This document shows, piece after piece, positions 31,286 to 41,713 of a DNA stretch of 44,492 nt. The notes beneath the pieces are model-generated. The model searched no databases and was not told the origin of the DNA. It saw nothing but the letters and a program-made list of their open reading frames with translations. Positions within the stretch are counted from its first letter, which is position 1, and each line of letters begins with the position of its first letter. The stretch comes from a virus: positions 1 to 44,492 of IMG/VR virus record IMGVR_UViG_3300045996_001114, one strand, 5' to 3'. The position numbers and the translations under genes were made by a program.

Positions 31286-31684
31286 CTATTCGAGGGCGAA
31301 CTTACCGAATTTCCACTCCCGACGCAACACCCCGACGATCCACCCGTCGCGGCCCAATCCGAACTGATCCCGCAACGGCCCGCCCTCGATCTGGCCACCG
31401 AGCTTGCAGGCCAGCTTGACCACGGCATCATGCTCGGTCGTTGCCGTCATCCGCAGGCATCCGAGCTGCCCGAACACATACTCGCCCACCGCGCGCATGA
31501 ACCCTGGCGTCCAGCCTGACCCGGCGACCGTGAAGTGGACGTTCGGGCCTTCGAAGCAGTGGAATATCACGCCAGCGACGATTGCACCGTCCCGCTCGAT
31601 GCCGAGACACGTATAGGGCGGACAGACCGCGAACCCGAGCCTTTCCGAGACGAACCGCGCAACCCGTTCGTCGGTGACGATCAA
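31286..31684 (-). CDS. hypothetical protein (132 aa)
   Basis: The TTG at 31684 overlaps the upstream TGA (TTGA). IVTDERVARFVSERLGF... Confidence 0.5.
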   Translation of the reverse strand: MIVTDERVARFVSERLGFAVCPPYTCLGIERDGAIVAGVIFHCFEGPNVHFTVAGSGWTPGFMRAVGEYVFGQLGCLRMTATTEHDAVVKLACKLGGQIEGGPLRDQFGLGRDGWIVGVLRREWKFGKFALE

Positions 31685-33600
31685 CTGACCAACCCCGCTT
31701 GCGTGTGCAGCGTATCGATGGCGATCAGTTCGAGATCCAGAGGCCCGAGCGAGCCGCTGGTGATCTGGTAGCAGGGCGCCAGCGCATATCCCATGCCGCC
31801 GGCCGACCGCCATTTCTGGTTGATGACGCTCGGCGTGACGCTCGACCACACGCTTTGCCCCCAGATGCCTTCGCCCCAGACGTTCGACGCCTCAAATGGC
31901 GTTGCATCGGGCGCGGGCGGCAAGGACGTGACGTTGTAGTCGGTAAGGATATCCACCCGGTCCACCACGTCGAGCGTTGCCCGGGTCAGCGCGCGCACCA
32001 TCGTGCCGATCTTCGCAGAGGCCGGGCTGCCCATGTCCTCGTAGAGCGGAACGACGGTCCCGCTGTATACCGCGCCGTCGTCCAGCCCCCCGGCGTTGGC
32101 TTCGAACACGCGGCCCCCGGGCGACCCGAAATAGAGCTTGCCGCGGAACACCGTCATGCAGAGCGCCTGCCAGCCCGTATAGCGCGCCCATGCCCCGGTT
32201 TCGGTGTTCGAGATGAACATGACCGGCGAGCTCGCGCCCTGAAGGTCCGGCGGCGCGACGATGGCTAGTTTCTGCTCAGGCCAGACACCTGCGCGCCAGT
32301 CCGATGTGCCGCGAATCTGCGTCGCTTCGGTCCACGCATCGGCGATCTTGTAGGACACCGTGGCCACGTTCAGCGCCGTCACGTCGAGCGAGATGGCCTT
32401 CGATAGCGGAACCAGTCCAACCGTCGTCGCAATGGCCAGATCGCCGCCGCCGCGAATAAAGGCGTGCTTACCCAGAGGCCGCCCGATCCGATAGACGCCG
32501 ACCAGCTTCCACGTCGCGGCATCGTCGGGCGAAAGGCCCTGGTAGATCGCCACCTCGCCCTGCGTCGACACGAAGATGTTCTGATCCGACAGGCCGCCTT
32601 CGCCGCCGCTCTCGAGAGACCAGCGCTGCCCGAACAGCAGCGAGCCGCCGAGATCGAACACGCCGATCAGCGGGAACTCGGTCGCGGTGCCACCTACGGA
32701 ATCCGCCTCGAGATACCACACCGACAGGCTGTCGTTCTGCGTGAAGTAAAGCCGCTCGTTGTAGGCCCAGACGTAGGACATATCCTCGCTGCCGAAGTCG
32801 CCGAACTCGACGCCCGGTGCTGCCGTCTCCGGATCACCGGCCGCAGTTGCAGACCCACCGCCGACCGCAGAGATTGTCTCGTTGTCCTGGAACGTGCCCG
32901 TCACGCCGGTCAGCAGCAGATAGCCTTCCCCCGGCGTCTCACTCTCGACCACCCGCCAGACCGTGCCGGAAGCCGAGGACGTGCCACCCGTAACGATCTC
33001 CCCCTCGGTGAACGGCACCGTCTCGGCGTCGTAGCCAATCTGCGTCACGCCACCCTCGATGTACGGGTAGAAGAACGTGCCGTCGTAGATGAAGCCGGGA
33101 TCTACGCCGTTCACTCCGATCAGGTAAACGCCACCCGAGGTCGAGAATTGCGTGACCACCCAGTCGCCGCCGGTGTAGCCCGTGGCCACGTCGAGGCCGA
33201 AGGTGGACTGCCACCCGATCTCGTCACCGTCCTCGGTTGCGATGGTGTCGCCGTCCTCGTCGGTAATCAGCGCGTCCTCGTCAAAGGGCACGTTCGAGAG
33301 GTCGTAGATCGTGTTTTCGTTGGCGCCGAACATCTGCTCGACCACGCCGTTCTTGTAGGTGAACAGCGCGGTCACATCGATCTCGGTATCCTCCATCGTC
33401 GCATAGCGCAGCTTGCCGCGGCGAAGCGCGACCCCGGTTGCCCGGGGAAAGAAGTTGTCGAGCACCGCGGCGCCCGGGCCATCGATCGATTTCGGGCTCG
33501 CAAGGGCGCGATTGGAGACCCAACCGGCGACCGGAGCCGGCCATTGGTGAGGTTGCGCCTGCGCGGGCTTGGGGCGCGTCTGGCGGCGGGCGTAGGCCAT
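31681..33600 (-). CDS. large tail structural protein (tail tubular B-like by position)
   Basis: ATG at 33600 (MAYARRQTRPKP). 639 aa, beta-rich. Follows the adaptor-like gene as in T7-type gene order. Confidence 0.6.
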   Translation of the reverse strand: MAYARRQTRPKPAQAQPHQWPAPVAGWVSNRALASPKSIDGPGAAVLDNFFPRATGVALRRGKLRYATMEDTEIDVTALFTYKNGVVEQMFGANENTIYDLSNVPFDEDALITDEDGDTIATEDGDEIGWQSTFGLDVATGYTGGDWVVTQFSTSGGVYLIGVNGVDPGFIYDGTFFYPYIEGGVTQIGYDAETVPFTEGEIVTGGTSSASGTVWRVVESETPGEGYLLLTGVTGTFQDNETISAVGGGSATAAGDPETAAPGVEFGDFGSEDMSYVWAYNERLYFTQNDSLSVWYLEADSVGGTATEFPLIGVFDLGGSLLFGQRWSLESGGEGGLSDQNIFVSTQGEVAIYQGLSPDDAATWKLVGVYRIGRPLGKHAFIRGGGDLAIATTVGLVPLSKAISLDVTALNVATVSYKIADAWTEATQIRGTSDWRAGVWPEQKLAIVAPPDLQGASSPVMFISNTETGAWARYTGWQALCMTVFRGKLYFGSPGGRVFEANAGGLDDGAVYSGTVVPLYEDMGSPASAKIGTMVRALTRATLDVVDRVDILTDYNVTSLPPAPDATPFEASNVWGEGIWGQSVWSSVTPSVINQKWRSAGGMGYALAPCYQITSGSLGPLDLELIAIDTLHTQAGLVS

Positions 33601-34313
33601 CAGATCGGATAGGTGGCGGGACCAAGCTCCCAGGGCCACGCCGCATAGGTGCCGGGGATGCCCCGCGAGGCGCGGCGGCGAATGACGCGCGGGCCCTTAT
33701 CCTTGGCGCCGTATTCATCCAGCGCCTTGATGAACGCCTCCTGGTCGCCGCTCGCGTCGAGCCCCTTGTCGGCTCGCCAGCGCCAGACCAGCCCAAGGGT
33801 CAGCAGCCGCTCGGGCAGGAGGAACGTGTCGTCGTCGGCGGTGAAGGCCGGCCCGTCCGTGAGAGCAGCCGAACGCGCCCAATTCTTGGTGATGTAGGGG
33901 AACGTCGCGGTCTGGGTATCGCTCGGCACGGGGGAGAACCGCAGCCGGTCGGCGTAGATGATCCAGCCCCCCGGCCAAGCGTTGAAGTCGCGCGCCTCGT
34001 CGAAAAGGAAGGCGGTGATATCGGTGTACGCGCCGAAGCCCCAAAACCAGCTCGACAGGTCCGCTACGTCGGTGTTGACGAGCATCCGGTCGTAGTCGGT
34101 CGGCAGCGGGAACTCGCTTGTCGTGCCGTCGCCCGAGACGGTGCCGATCCTGACCAGCGCCTGCCAGTCCTGATACTTGGCCACGTCCTGCGCAACCTCG
34201 TTGATAAGGTCGCACAGTTCGCGTTCAAGCTGGCTGTTGGCGTTGAAGAACGCGGACGGTTTCTGCCCCGTCAGGCGCAGCGCGGCGCTTTGCAGGGCAG
34301 AAAGGACCGCCAC
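33600..34313 (-). CDS. tail adaptor / tubular A-like structural protein
   Basis: 237 aa. The call rests on position between the head genes and the large tail protein. Confidence 0.5.
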   Translation of the reverse strand: MAVLSALQSAALRLTGQKPSAFFNANSQLERELCDLINEVAQDVAKYQDWQALVRIGTVSGDGTTSEFPLPTDYDRMLVNTDVADLSSWFWGFGAYTDITAFLFDEARDFNAWPGGWIIYADRLRFSPVPSDTQTATFPYITKNWARSAALTDGPAFTADDDTFLLPERLLTLGLVWRWRADKGLDASGDQEAFIKALDEYGAKDKGPRVIRRRASRGIPGTYAAWPWELGPATYPI

Positions 34314-34316
34314 GGG

Positions 34317-35039
34317 TCAGGCGGCTTCCCGCAGTTCGCGCAGGTTCGCCTCGAGCGTCAGGCGCGACGGGTTGCCCAGCGGACGCGAGCCGGTGCGCTC
34401 CTTGATCTCGGCCTTGATTTCCTCGTCGGAAAGGCCGGCGAGCGAGGCGTCCGAAGCCTGCGCGGCCTGGTCGATCTCCTCGGGCGTGGCTTCGGTCGCC
34501 GGAACCTGCGTCGAAGCCGCCTTCAGAGCAGCGATTTCCGCCTTCAGCGCCTCGATCTCCGACATGGCCGCCACGCCGCTGGTGCGCTCGGCGAGGAACT
34601 TGGTCGCCATCGACTTGAGGTCGTTGGCCTTCATGCCCAGCGCCTTGAGCTTGCGGTCCTCGAGGGTCGCCAGCGCTTCGATGCTGTAGATCTTGAGCGC
34701 GCGGCACAGCGAGATATTCTCTTCGGTGGCGCCGTACTTGCGCAGCATCTCAAGCGGGGTTCCGCGAGCTTCCTGCGGGTCGCCTTCCTTGAAGGCCCGG
34801 TACTGCTCCGACCACCGCTCGGCGTAGGTGATCTTGCGGTTGCCCTCGCGCTTCCACATCGCGTCGGTCGGGAAGCACGGCGCGTAATTCTTGTCGCCGG
34901 CAATGCGGACTTCGACCATCTCCACCGTCTTCATGACGAGGTGGCCTTCGCGTTCGCTGGCGTGGATGTCCTCGACCTCGACGACCTTGAAGAAGGGCGT
35001 GATCGAGAGGGGTTCGGTATCGATGACGGCGACGTTCAT
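34317..35039 (-). CDS. hypothetical structural protein with C-terminal coiled coil
   Basis: ATG at 35039 (MNVAVIDTEPL). 240 aa. Confidence 0.55.
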   Translation of the reverse strand: MNVAVIDTEPLSITPFFKVVEVEDIHASEREGHLVMKTVEMVEVRIAGDKNYAPCFPTDAMWKREGNRKITYAERWSEQYRAFKEGDPQEARGTPLEMLRKYGATEENISLCRALKIYSIEALATLEDRKLKALGMKANDLKSMATKFLAERTSGVAAMSEIEALKAEIAALKAASTQVPATEATPEEIDQAAQASDASLAGLSDEEIKAEIKERTGSRPLGNPSRLTLEANLRELREAA

Positions 35040-35109
35040 GTTTCTCAGCTCCACTCGGGGATGAAGGAAAGGTTGCCGGGCGGACGGGAGGAGCCCGCCC
35101 GGCAGTCAT

Positions 35110-35490
35110 TCAGGCGCCGGGGACGGTGCCCTTGGCGGCCCAGAAGCGGTCGCCGGCAAGGATGTCCGTGCCGTAAACCGTGGTCGGCGGCGCGTACCAG
35201 CCACCAGCGCCGGACGCAGCGGTGAACCGGGGGTCCGCCGCAACGCCGTTGTCGGTGATCGACACCTGGGTGCCGGGAGCCGCGGCGTCGGCGATGGTGC
35301 CCGACGCCTCGACCCACATGTAGAGCCGGCCGTCGTCGCCGTTGGCCTGGTCGCCCGTCTGCGGGCTCATGGCCTGCCCGGCACCAGCAGCGCCGCGACC
35401 GGCGCCCTCGTACCAAGCGTCGTCGGCAGTCACGACCTGGTGAAGATCGGGACCCAGCGAGGGGTTCATGCGGTAGGGGGAAGTGGTCAT
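35110..35490 (-). CDS. hypothetical head-associated protein (126 aa)
   Basis: Lies immediately downstream of the capsid gene. Possible decoration protein by position. Confidence 0.5.
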   Translation of the reverse strand: MTTSPYRMNPSLGPDLHQVVTADDAWYEGAGRGAAGAGQAMSPQTGDQANGDDGRLYMWVEASGTIADAAAPGTQVSITDNGVAADPRFTAASGAGGWYAPPTTVYGTDILAGDRFWAAKGTVPGA

Positions 35491-35505
35491 CTCCGTATCT
35501 CCCAG

Positions 35506-36516
35506 TTAGGCCGTGACGACACGGACGGTGAAAAGCGGGTTCTCGAGGACCATCTGGCCGCTCCAGACGATGCCCTGCGCAACCGCGTCCTGGTTGATCG
35601 GCCGCATCCCGTTGCCGGGGTGGAACGGCACGAACTCCTGGCCGGGGAAGGTGTAGATCGCGAGGCCATCGGTATCGATGCCGAACACGGTGTCCGCCGG
35701 CATGACGTTGCCGATGCCGCCCGCCGCCACGATGTCCACCGGACCCGCTGCGGTCTGCAGAACGAGGCTGGTGAAGCCGAGCCGACCCGCGCGCTCGCCG
35801 ACGATGCGCTGATGCGCAACGAACGCCGAGTCGATCGCTTGGTAGCTGTTGGCATCCGCGATCCACAGGTCGGGATACCGGCCGCCACGCGAACGAGCGA
35901 GGGCGATGCGGTTGATGATCGGGCGCACCGTGGTCGCGTCCCACGTCGTATAGCCCGACACGTCGCCGTTCGGGATGTCGTAGGTCGTGGTGCGCCAGTT
36001 CGCCACGTCGCCGCGGTTGATGCCGCCGTAGATGCCGGTGTTGGTCGTCACCGGGATCGCGCCGCCGAAGCCGATCATCTGGCGCCCGCCGTCAGCGGTG
36101 CCGTCTGCGACGATGGCTTCCTCGAACGCTTCCTTGGCGCTCATCTCGGCCGCGTTGATGTAGGTCGTCATCAGGTCGATGACTTCCGCCTCGCCGCGGT
36201 TGTAGAGCAGTTCGGTGCCGGTCAGCGAGAACATCGAGACGACGCGCGACCAGTTGAACACCGCCGAGTTCAGCAGCTCCTTCGGCGTGATCTGGAGCTT
36301 GTCGTAGCCCGTGAACCACTGCGCATCGAGCTTGTCGAACATGATCGGGATGCGAAGCTCGGGACCGCCGGCCGAACGCTCGGCGATGCGGCCCTTCTCG
36401 CGCAGGATGCGCGTGAGCGGGGTGGCGTTGTAGACGATATCCTGGATTGCGCGCGAACGGCGCGCGACGGAGGCAGTGAGTACCTGCCCGTAGTTGCGGT
36501 CGGAATTGATGGCCAT
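35506..36516 (-). CDS. major capsid protein
   Basis: ATG at 36516 (MAINSDRNYGQVL). 336 aa. Located directly after the scaffold gene. Composition is typical of HK97-fold coat proteins. Confidence 0.75.
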   Translation of the reverse strand: MAINSDRNYGQVLTASVARRSRAIQDIVYNATPLTRILREKGRIAERSAGGPELRIPIMFDKLDAQWFTGYDKLQITPKELLNSAVFNWSRVVSMFSLTGTELLYNRGEAEVIDLMTTYINAAEMSAKEAFEEAIVADGTADGGRQMIGFGGAIPVTTNTGIYGGINRGDVANWRTTTYDIPNGDVSGYTTWDATTVRPIINRIALARSRGGRYPDLWIADANSYQAIDSAFVAHQRIVGERAGRLGFTSLVLQTAAGPVDIVAAGGIGNVMPADTVFGIDTDGLAIYTFPGQEFVPFHPGNGMRPINQDAVAQGIVWSGQMVLENPLFTVRVVTA

Positions 36517-36533
36517 TGCCCTGATTCCCTGGT

Positions 36534-37730
36534 TCAGGCCCGCCACTGACGTTTCATCTCGTCAGCGAGCAGCTCCTGGATTGAGCCGCCGCGTTCGGGT
36601 TCCATGTCGTCGGAAACGGACCCTGGCGCGGATTTGATGGATTTCGCCGCTGGAGGATCGTCAACGCGGCGGTCAGGGTCAGGGCGCTCTTGGGCCGAGG
36701 GGGCGTCGGGGACATGTGAGGCCGGATTGATCCGGACAGCCATGTCATATGCCGCCTCAAGCCGCTCGTAGGCGCTCAAGCTGGTCGGAACCTTACCAGA
36801 TTGCAGGAACAATGCAATATCGCCCTTCAGTTCGTCGTAGCGGGGATGATCGCGCTTGAATGGCTCGATCACGCTCGCCGCGACCTGCTGCGCCTGCATC
36901 TGCGCCATCTGGGCCTTGAGCTGCGCAACCTCGCTGTTGTCGTTCTGCGGCTGCTGCTGTTGCTGGGCGCGGGCAACCGTCTGCTGGTAGCCCTGCTGCC
37001 CCATCTGCACGATGGTCTGCGCGACCTCGAACAGCGACACGGGCGACCCGTCAGGCTTGCGGGGGCCGGCGCGGAGAAGGATCTGGTTGAGCGCGGCCAG
37101 CGGGTTCTTGCCCATCAGGTCCTCGAGCTGCGCGACCTCGGCAAGGCTCTCGTGAACCCCCGCGCGGCCCGACTGGCGCGCGGCCTCATCGAACTGCCGC
37201 ACCGCCTCATAGCGCTCGGCGGCCTCGCGGTACTGCGTCACCGCTGCCTCGTGCTCGCGGACCATGTTCTCGACATCGCGTTGCACCGCCCGGGGCGTGT
37301 TGCGCCACGTTTCCTTGGCATCGGGCAGGAACTTGGCCGGCGCCTCGATGTGGCGGCCATTGTCGGGCTTGGCATCGGGCTTGGGCGCATCGGCGGCCGG
37401 CGCGTCGTCCTTCGGCGCTTCCTTGCCCGCGAATTTCCCGTCTGCGCCGCGCTCAGGGGCTTTCGGGGCGTCCTTGGCCTCGGGGGGCTTCTCTTCGCCC
37501 TGCGGCTTCTCAGCCCCCTTTTCCGCCGCCTTCTCGCCCGCGTCCTTGTCAGCGTCCGGATCGGGCTTCGCAGCATCGGCGGGAGGTTCCTCCTTCATGG
37601 CAGCCGAGACGGCATCGCGCACGCTCTCGGGCTTGGCATCGTCGGCGGGAATAACGGGGGCGCCGGCTCCGCTTGCGCCTGTCTCGGCGTGCGGCTCGAG
37701 CACCGTGGAATCGGTGGCAAGGTCGGTCAC
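36534..37730 (-). CDS. scaffolding protein
   Basis: 398 aa. Long low-complexity acidic/Lys-Pro-Ala region, then helical Q/A-rich segments. Lies between the portal-proximal genes and the capsid gene. Confidence 0.6.
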   Translation of the reverse strand: MTDLATDSTVLEPHAETGASGAGAPVIPADDAKPESVRDAVSAAMKEEPPADAAKPDPDADKDAGEKAAEKGAEKPQGEEKPPEAKDAPKAPERGADGKFAGKEAPKDDAPAADAPKPDAKPDNGRHIEAPAKFLPDAKETWRNTPRAVQRDVENMVREHEAAVTQYREAAERYEAVRQFDEAARQSGRAGVHESLAEVAQLEDLMGKNPLAALNQILLRAGPRKPDGSPVSLFEVAQTIVQMGQQGYQQTVARAQQQQQPQNDNSEVAQLKAQMAQMQAQQVAASVIEPFKRDHPRYDELKGDIALFLQSGKVPTSLSAYERLEAAYDMAVRINPASHVPDAPSAQERPDPDRRVDDPPAAKSIKSAPGSVSDDMEPERGGSIQELLADEMKRQWRA

Positions 37731-38110
37731 GGTAGGTCTCCGGTTACGACAGGCGGCACGCGCCCGTTCTTTACGTCCTCGATCCCAGCCTTCACCGCGT
37801 CGGCAATCGCCGCCATGTCGGGCTTGGGGGTTTCGTATTTCGGCATCGGTTCGTTGCCGACTTCGATGAATCTCTCGCCGCGGGGGTTGCCAGCGGGGGT
37901 GAGCGACCGGCGATACGAGGCCATGCTGTCGTGCATCTTGCCGTCAGCGCCCATGATCGGGTCGATCTGGTCTTTGAAAATGCGGGGCGCCGTTATCTGC
38001 CGTTGGGCCGGCGCCCCGCATTCACAGGTCTGCGGCTCCAGGTAGCGAGCGAGAGGCAGCATCCGGTCGAAACCGTGCCCCTCGCCGCACCTGAAGCCGT
38101 ACAATGGCAT
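37727..38110 (-). CDS. zinc-ribbon (FmdB-like CxxC) protein
   Basis: MPLYGFRCGEGHGFD...QTCECGAPAQRQI gives a C-x3-H ... C-x-C pattern. Confidence 0.55.
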   Translation of the reverse strand: MPLYGFRCGEGHGFDRMLPLARYLEPQTCECGAPAQRQITAPRIFKDQIDPIMGADGKMHDSMASYRRSLTPAGNPRGERFIEVGNEPMPKYETPKPDMAAIADAVKAGIEDVKNGRVPPVVTGDLP

Positions 38111-38457
38111 TACTTCTTCGCCTTGCCCTTCGGGGCGCTAGCGGTCTTGGCTTGGCCCCCGGCGTTGTCGCCCGACTGGTCCGCGTTCGGGTTATTCACC
38201 ACGGCATTGTCGAGCGGGCCGGCAGTGCCGCGCTCCTTGTCGGCATCGTCCCACCCGGCGCGCCAGTGCTTCTGCAGCTTGCTGGCCTTGCCGTGCGGGT
38301 CGCTGTCGCGCGGGATCGATACGGCCCGCGCATGGGCGCCCTGGTCGTATGCGGCTTGTTCGGTAGCGTCTCTGGTCATGTCGGTTTCCTTCAAGCTCCC
38401 GCCCATGCGCCCGTCCCCGTCGTGGTCGGTTGTCCCCTTCAGGAAACGGGCGTTCAC
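38110..38457 (-). CDS. hypothetical protein
   Basis: GTG at 38457. An alternative ATG at 38379 is preceded by AAGGAA. Confidence 0.45.
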   Translation of the reverse strand: MNARFLKGTTDHDGDGRMGGSLKETDMTRDATEQAAYDQGAHARAVSIPRDSDPHGKASKLQKHWRAGWDDADKERGTAGPLDNAVVNNPNADQSGDNAGGQAKTASAPKGKAKK

Positions 38458-38462
38458 GATCC

Positions 38463-38729
38463 CTAAGCCTTCAGCGCCGCGATGATCGCGTTGACCTTGG
38501 CCGTCAGCGACGCGAGTTGGTTCGCCAGCGTGGCCTCGGTGTAGCTTCCCGGCACGTCGGCGATGGTATCGCTGGGCGTGCCGCCGCTGCTGTCGGTCAG
38601 CGCCACGAGCGCTGCGATCTCGGCCTTGGCGGCGGTCGCGCCCGCTTCGGCGTCGGCGATCTGCGTCGCCACCTCCGAAGCCAGCGGCGGGACCATGCTC
38701 AGTTCGATCAGTCGGGTTGCATTCGCCAT
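38463..38729 (-). CDS. hypothetical Ala-rich helical protein (88 aa)
   Basis: Ordinary ORF within the head module. Confidence 0.5.
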   Translation of the reverse strand: MANATRLIELSMVPPLASEVATQIADAEAGATAAKAEIAALVALTDSSGGTPSDTIADVPGSYTEATLANQLASLTAKVNAIIAALKA

Positions 38730-38753
38730 TTCACGTCTCCTTGATGTTCGGGG

Positions 38754-39356
38754 TCACTCGTCGAACTCGATCCACTCGATGAAGCCGCACGCCGCGAAGC
38801 CCGCAGTCAGGGCGGCGCCCTTGTAGTTGAGGTTGATGCTCTCAGCCGCGCCGCGCAGGATCACCGGACGGCGGAAGTCGCCGGATATCTGCGGACTCTG
38901 CAGGGTGTTGTTCGTGAAGTTGAGGCCGAGCATCGTCGGCCCGATCGTCAGCGTCGAACTGGCTGCCACGATGGTCTTGAGCGTCCCCGCCGAAGCTCCC
39001 AGCGACGGCGCGGCGGTCCAGATCTTCGCCACCGCAGTCGCTGCGGCCTGCTCGCTGTCGTACAGGACCGGCGTGAGCGTGGTGGCGGTGCCGCCCGTGC
39101 TCGCCGCCGAACGCCGGATCAGGTCAAGCGTCTGCAGCGCCGATGCGGTCGACTGAATGCCGATGGCGAACCCGGTAACGGCGACGGTCTTGGTCGCGCT
39201 GCCGGTGAGCGTCATCAAGTCGGTCGGCGTCGCATAGGCCGCATACGACGAGAAGGCGGCCGAGTAGGTCTGCGCATTCTCGGGGATCGCCATCGACCGG
39301 GGCGGCAGGGCGACATATGCGCCGTCCGTGCCGACCAGTGTGACTGGAGCGCCCAT
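38754..39356 (-). CDS. hypothetical structural protein (200 aa)
   Basis: TAATG overlap with the portal stop. Ser/Thr/Ala-rich beta-type sequence. Confidence 0.55.
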   Translation of the reverse strand: MGAPVTLVGTDGAYVALPPRSMAIPENAQTYSAAFSSYAAYATPTDLMTLTGSATKTVAVTGFAIGIQSTASALQTLDLIRRSAASTGGTATTLTPVLYDSEQAAATAVAKIWTAAPSLGASAGTLKTIVAASSTLTIGPTMLGLNFTNNTLQSPQISGDFRRPVILRGAAESINLNYKGAALTAGFAACGFIEWIEFDE

Positions 39357-41713
39357 TACCGTTCTCCTTCTTGAGTTTCAGCGAATTGCTGTTGGCGATC
39401 AGCCCTGTCCTCGCCGCGATCTGCGCGTTCTTCCCCACGCTCGCGGAACTGCGCATCAGTCTGCTGGCCTTGCGCGGCCATCGCCTGGTCCGTTGCACGG
39501 GCCTGCTGGTCGGCCACGGTGCGGTATTCCTCGAGTTCCTGCTTGCGCACGTCGAGGCCGATGGAGCTGAGGATTTCGGCAGTCTGGGCGCGCAGGTGGT
39601 CGATTTCGGCCAGCGTCTTCTCGAGCTTCGCGTCGCTGTCCTGGGCGGTCTGGCGCAGCTTCTCCGCTTCGGCCTGCCACTTGGCCTGCGCCTCAGCGAA
39701 TTTCTGCTGCTGTTCCATGGCCTTGCGCTCATTCTCGGCCTGTTTGAGCTGCATGTCCGACTGGACCTTGGCCATCGCCGCTTGAGCCTTCATCTGCTCA
39801 GCCTCAGCGAGCTTATTGTTCGCCTCGATCAGCCCCTCGGCATCGCCTCCGCCACCGTTCGCAGCGGCCATCGCCTGGGCCATCTCCGGCGCAGCGTCGA
39901 TGAAAGCGTTGATCGCGCCATCGAGCGAGCGGCCCGCGCGATACGGCGCAAGCTGGAACTTGGTCGCCTCGCCCCACAACTTCACCGCGGGCTCGCCCAT
40001 CGCAATGATGTTCGACAGCCCGGCGATGCTGCCCGTCAGCGTCTCCATGAACTCGTTGCGCGACGCCTTCTCCTGCAACTCGTCGGTCAGGATGGTGGAA
40101 TCGCTCTGGATTTCGAACGTGAACGTGCGCGCCCGGTCATCCCGCAGCAGCGCCATCACGTCCTCTATCGGCACCTGCTGCTGCACCTCGGCGAGCATCG
40201 GCGCGTACTTGGCCAACACCTGCTGCTGCGCCTGCTGGAGCATCTGGCGCGCCTGTGCCGGGTCGGCTTCCTGCGCCTGTGCAGCGGCTTCCTGCGCACG
40301 CTTGGTCAGACCCTTAAGCTCTTCCGCCGCCGCGTCCTCGATCTCCTTGACGCGGGCCTTGAGGTCGGACTTCGATGGAATGTCCATCTGCGACATGTCG
40401 AGCAGGTTCTTTTGCGTGAACTTCTCGGCGATGATCTCGGCGGCGATCTTCACCGCGTCCGCCGCGATGCGCTGCAGCTCGTCGATCTTGCACCGCACCC
40501 GCACCGAGCCGTACTGCGACTTGAGCTGCTGCGCCCCGAGCGTCTCTTCCGCCTCGGTCGCGCCGCGCATGATGTCCGAGATGCCGGAAAGCTCGTAGAA
40601 GTCCGAGATGAGCTGCGAGCGCGCCTCGACCAGCCCCGTGATCGCCTGCGCAAGTTCGGTCAGCGGCAGCCACGCCAGCGATTCCGCGATGTTGGCGATG
40701 CTGTTGACCCGGACCATGATGTCCGTGCTGTCGTCGCCCCACGCATCCTGGATCGCGTCGGCAATATCCCCGCCGCCACCGACGATGCCCATCATGCGCA
40801 CCTGCTCGAGCAGCAGGTAAATCCGCCGCGTCAGTTCGCTGATCTTCTCGAAGTGGTAGGCGTAGCGCTCGTAATCCGGCACAGGCACGAGCGAGCGGCG
40901 GCGCAGCGTGCCATAGGCCGGACGCGGACACGGGAAGAAGCCCGAGAGCTTTACCTCGGGCTCGCTAACGTCGAGGAACACGTCCACGCCCTCGACGACC
41001 CAGTAAACCTTGTTGTTGCCCCTGTGCCAGACCTCCCAGACGCCGGCCTTCTTCTCGGTCGTCTGCTGGTCGCCGTCGTCGCGGTCCTTGCGCGTGGCGT
41101 AGGGCGCGTCCTGATACGCCTTCCCGCTCGTGGGTGAGAACCGCTTGCGCATTTCCTTGCGGGTCAGCCACGAGCGCTTGGCGACCCAGCCCACCTCAGC
41201 CCACTTGCGGGCGGGTTCGTGGCGGAAATCGGTGCGGTCGACGTGCTCGACGCAGACCTGTTGCCCGTCGTCGGTGTCGTAGCGAACCCACATCACGCCG
41301 CGGTTCGTGAAGATCAGGTCGTCGCGGACCTCGATCATCACGTCGTCGATGCCGGTGCGGGCGAATGTGCTGATGGATGCGCGCTCGAGCAGTTCCGCCG
41401 TGGTGTTCTGGAGCGGCTTGTTGTCGTCGAACATCGGCGCGACGGCCGGCTCGGGAGGATGCGCGTAAACCGCCGGCTTCAGGATCTCATACGAGGACCA
41501 GAACAGGTCGAGCTTGGCGTCGGTCCATGCGGTGCCTTCGACAGTCGCGCCGCCGTAGGCCGTGCCGTGACGGCTGTAGACCGCATCGATGTTGTGGCAG
41601 ATGGCCTGCCAGTCGTTGAACTCGCGCTCGGCCTTGGCCAGCGCAGACAGCACAGCCGCGCTCGACTTGGGCTCTGGGCCGGTGAACGGCTCGAGGTCGG
41701 CCTCGTCAACCAC
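39356..41713 (-). CDS. portal protein with long C-terminal coiled-coil extension
   Basis: 785 aa, immediately downstream of TerL. The last ~200 aa are heptad-rich (AEAEQMKAQAAMAKVQSDMQLKQ...). Confidence 0.8.
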   Translation of the reverse strand: MVDEADLEPFTGPEPKSSAAVLSALAKAEREFNDWQAICHNIDAVYSRHGTAYGGATVEGTAWTDAKLDLFWSSYEILKPAVYAHPPEPAVAPMFDDNKPLQNTTAELLERASISTFARTGIDDVMIEVRDDLIFTNRGVMWVRYDTDDGQQVCVEHVDRTDFRHEPARKWAEVGWVAKRSWLTRKEMRKRFSPTSGKAYQDAPYATRKDRDDGDQQTTEKKAGVWEVWHRGNNKVYWVVEGVDVFLDVSEPEVKLSGFFPCPRPAYGTLRRRSLVPVPDYERYAYHFEKISELTRRIYLLLEQVRMMGIVGGGGDIADAIQDAWGDDSTDIMVRVNSIANIAESLAWLPLTELAQAITGLVEARSQLISDFYELSGISDIMRGATEAEETLGAQQLKSQYGSVRVRCKIDELQRIAADAVKIAAEIIAEKFTQKNLLDMSQMDIPSKSDLKARVKEIEDAAAEELKGLTKRAQEAAAQAQEADPAQARQMLQQAQQQVLAKYAPMLAEVQQQVPIEDVMALLRDDRARTFTFEIQSDSTILTDELQEKASRNEFMETLTGSIAGLSNIIAMGEPAVKLWGEATKFQLAPYRAGRSLDGAINAFIDAAPEMAQAMAAANGGGGDAEGLIEANNKLAEAEQMKAQAAMAKVQSDMQLKQAENERKAMEQQQKFAEAQAKWQAEAEKLRQTAQDSDAKLEKTLAEIDHLRAQTAEILSSIGLDVRKQELEEYRTVADQQARATDQAMAAQGQQTDAQFRERGEERADRGEDRADRQQQFAETQEGER

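Noticed and set aside
37300-37620. Repetitive-looking DNA (GGCTTGGGC / GCATCGGC units) as a tandem repeat or CRISPR-like array
   Set aside because: It is the coding sequence for the Lys/Pro/Ala/Asp low-complexity region of the scaffolding protein. There are no regular repeat-spacer units, and no CRISPR array exists anywhere in the window.
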